NCBI GenBank assembly: GCA_963783375.1
Contig: CAWANH010000029.1
Location: forward strand, 1,088,001 to 1,152,000
From: Candidatus Eiseniibacteriota bacterium
Lineage (GTDB): Bacteria; Eisenbacteria; RBG-16-71-46; JABDJR01
DNA length: 64,000 nt
Direction of reading: 5' to 3'
The position numbers were made by a program, and so were the translations under genes. The notes under the pieces were generated by a model that was not told the origin of the DNA, ran no database searches, and was given only the letters and a program-made list of their open reading frames with translations. Below, one piece after another: positions 62,456 to 64,000 of the stretch. Every line of letters starts with the position of its first letter. Position 1 is the first letter of the stretch.

Positions 62456-64000
62456 ATGCACGCATTTCTTGCGCTCAAACCCATGGGTACCCCCACCATG
62501 CACGTTGGACGCCGCGCCGCTCTCTTTCTGCTGGCTTCGAACCTGCTCCTCACATTTCCGGCGGCTGCCTCCCCTTCCGAGGTGAGCCGGGATGTCCGCG
62601 TGGCGCCCGGTGACCTCGTCATCCGGGAAGCCGACGGCCTCACCCGGGTCGAACTGCGGGAGGGTTCATTGCTCCTCCCCGCGGGCAGTCCCGATCTTCC
62701 GGTCAAACCCATCGTCCTTCTCCTCCCCGAGGGGACCCGGGCCGCCTCGGTCCGGGTGACGCCCCTCGAGACCGCCGACATCCCGCTGGGCGGACCCCTG
62801 GCCGCGGTCGGCCCCGCCGCCGTCGACGGCGAGCCGAGTTCCCCACGCGCCGCCCGGGGGCAGGGCGGATCGTTCATTCCGGACGATCCGGTCGTCGGAT
62901 ACCACGGGGGCTCGATGCGGGGCCAACCGGTCGTCTCGGTCGTGGTGGCTCCGGTGAGCTGGCGCGCGTCGAGCGGGACGGTCCGGCTAATGACCCGGTT
63001 TCGAGTGACCGTCCTCCTCGAAGCGGCGGGCGAGGAACCAGGCCGACTCCGGATGCGCCGGGAGAGTCCGGAGGGGGAACGTACCTTCCGCGAGTCCCTC
63101 CGCGCGCTCACCGGTCGGGATCCCGACGCCATCCTCCATTTCAACGCTCCCCGGGGGGGAAGCGCCGGACGGCGCGGAGATCTGGCCCCCCAGGTCAACA
63201 GCGGCACGCCGGTCGGAGCCACCTACCGGCCTTCGGTGGACGGCGGTACCGTGGACATGGTCATCATCACGTCCTCGGAGCAAGCGGCGGAGTATCAACG
63301 CCTGGCCGACTTCAAGACCCGGACCGGTATCTACACCGTGGTCCGGACCCTGGACTGGATCCGGACCAACTACCCCGGGGGCGTGGACAAGCAGGAATCC
63401 ATCCGGCTCTTCATCCGCGACGCGGTATCCCAATGGGGCACCGCCTATGTGCTTCTGGGCGGCGATTCGGACGTTCTCCCCCCCCGGTACATCCACGCCG
63501 CGTCCCCCATCGTGGAGGACATCCCGACCGATCTCTACTTCAGCGACGTGGACGGCAACTGGAATGCGGACGGCGATTCGCAGTTCGGTGAGGCGCAGGC
63601 CACCGGAAAATCGGGAGATGCCGTCGACATGTACCCCGACGCCTGGGTGGGGAGGCTGCCCTCGCAAGACGCGGCCACGGCCTCGATCCTGGTGGACAAG
63701 ACCCTGGCCTACGAACAGGCTCCTCCGGCCGACACCCGAAACAAGGTGGTGTTCGCCAGCGAAGTGTTGAACCCGGGAACGTGGACGCCGGGTGCGACCG
63801 CGGTCTTCGACGGAGCCGCCGTCAGCGAGAGCGTCGTGGACAGCCTGGCGGCGGGGATCGTCCCCGTTCGACTCTACGAGAACTACACCGCGTGGCCGGG
63901 CGCGGTGGCCGAGAACAAGCAAGCGGTCATCGACTCGCTGAACCAGGGCTGCGCCTTCTTTCATCACATCGGCCACGGTCACACCAACGTGATGTCCCTG
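62456..64000 (+). CDS. C25 (gingipain-family) cysteine peptidase with propeptide; partial, runs off the right edge
   Basis: Absent from the ORF track. Signal peptide; propeptide GSPDLPV; MVIIT...RLADFK, IRLFIRDA, YVLLGGD, PTDLYFSD.DGNW, VGRLP and HIGHG. Start may instead be 62483 or 62498. Confidence 0.88.
   Translation, partial: MHAFLALKPMGTPTMHVGRRAALFLLASNLLLTFPAAASPSEVSRDVRVAPGDLVIREADGLTRVELREGSLLLPAGSPDLPVKPIVLLLPEGTRAASVRVTPLETADIPLGGPLAAVGPAAVDGEPSSPRAARGQGGSFIPDDPVVGYHGGSMRGQPVVSVVVAPVSWRASSGTVRLMTRFRVTVLLEAAGEEPGRLRMRRESPEGERTFRESLRALTGRDPDAILHFNAPRGGSAGRRGDLAPQVNSGTPVGATYRPSVDGGTVDMVIITSSEQAAEYQRLADFKTRTGIYTVVRTLDWIRTNYPGGVDKQESIRLFIRDAVSQWGTAYVLLGGDSDVLPPRYIHAASPIVEDIPTDLYFSDVDGNWNADGDSQFGEAQATGKSGDAVDMYPDAWVGRLPSQDAATASILVDKTLAYEQAPPADTRNKVVFASEVLNPGTWTPGATAVFDGAAVSESVVDSLAAGIVPVRLYENYTAWPGAVAENKQAVIDSLNQGCAFFHHIGHGHTNVMSL

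Overview
High-GC bacterial chromosome segment. FlgD-Ig/T9SS-like C-terminal domains, a C-terminal 'SWGRVKALYR' motif and a C25 peptidase suggest an FCB-related candidate phylum such as Eisenbacteria or Krumholzibacteriota; this is inference. The window holds four tRNA genes: Ser-GGA, Arg-ACG, Ser-GCT and Ser-TGA. Each tRNA-Ser is followed by its own tandem array of ~110-bp units that end in a copy of that tRNA's 3' end and share a strand-specific hairpin; this is the most unusual non-coding signal. A ~17-kb minus-strand energy cluster runs hemerythrin, korA, korB, ferredoxin-like protein, rnfB, giant degenerate PFOR-like protein, rnfCDGEA, small Cys-rich membrane protein, apbE. Also present are an apparent deiodinase-like selenoprotein (UGA plus SECIS-like hairpin) broken by two 1-nt insertions, an SGNH/carbamoyltransferase/SxtJ/SxtK-like module, tadA, GTP-dependent PEPCK, many peptidases, a POT transporter and a ~200-nt candidate structured RNA. 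Most long ORFs in the track are antisense shadows. No integrase, transposase or CRISPR array was seen. All assignments come from motif recognition by eye; no searches were run.
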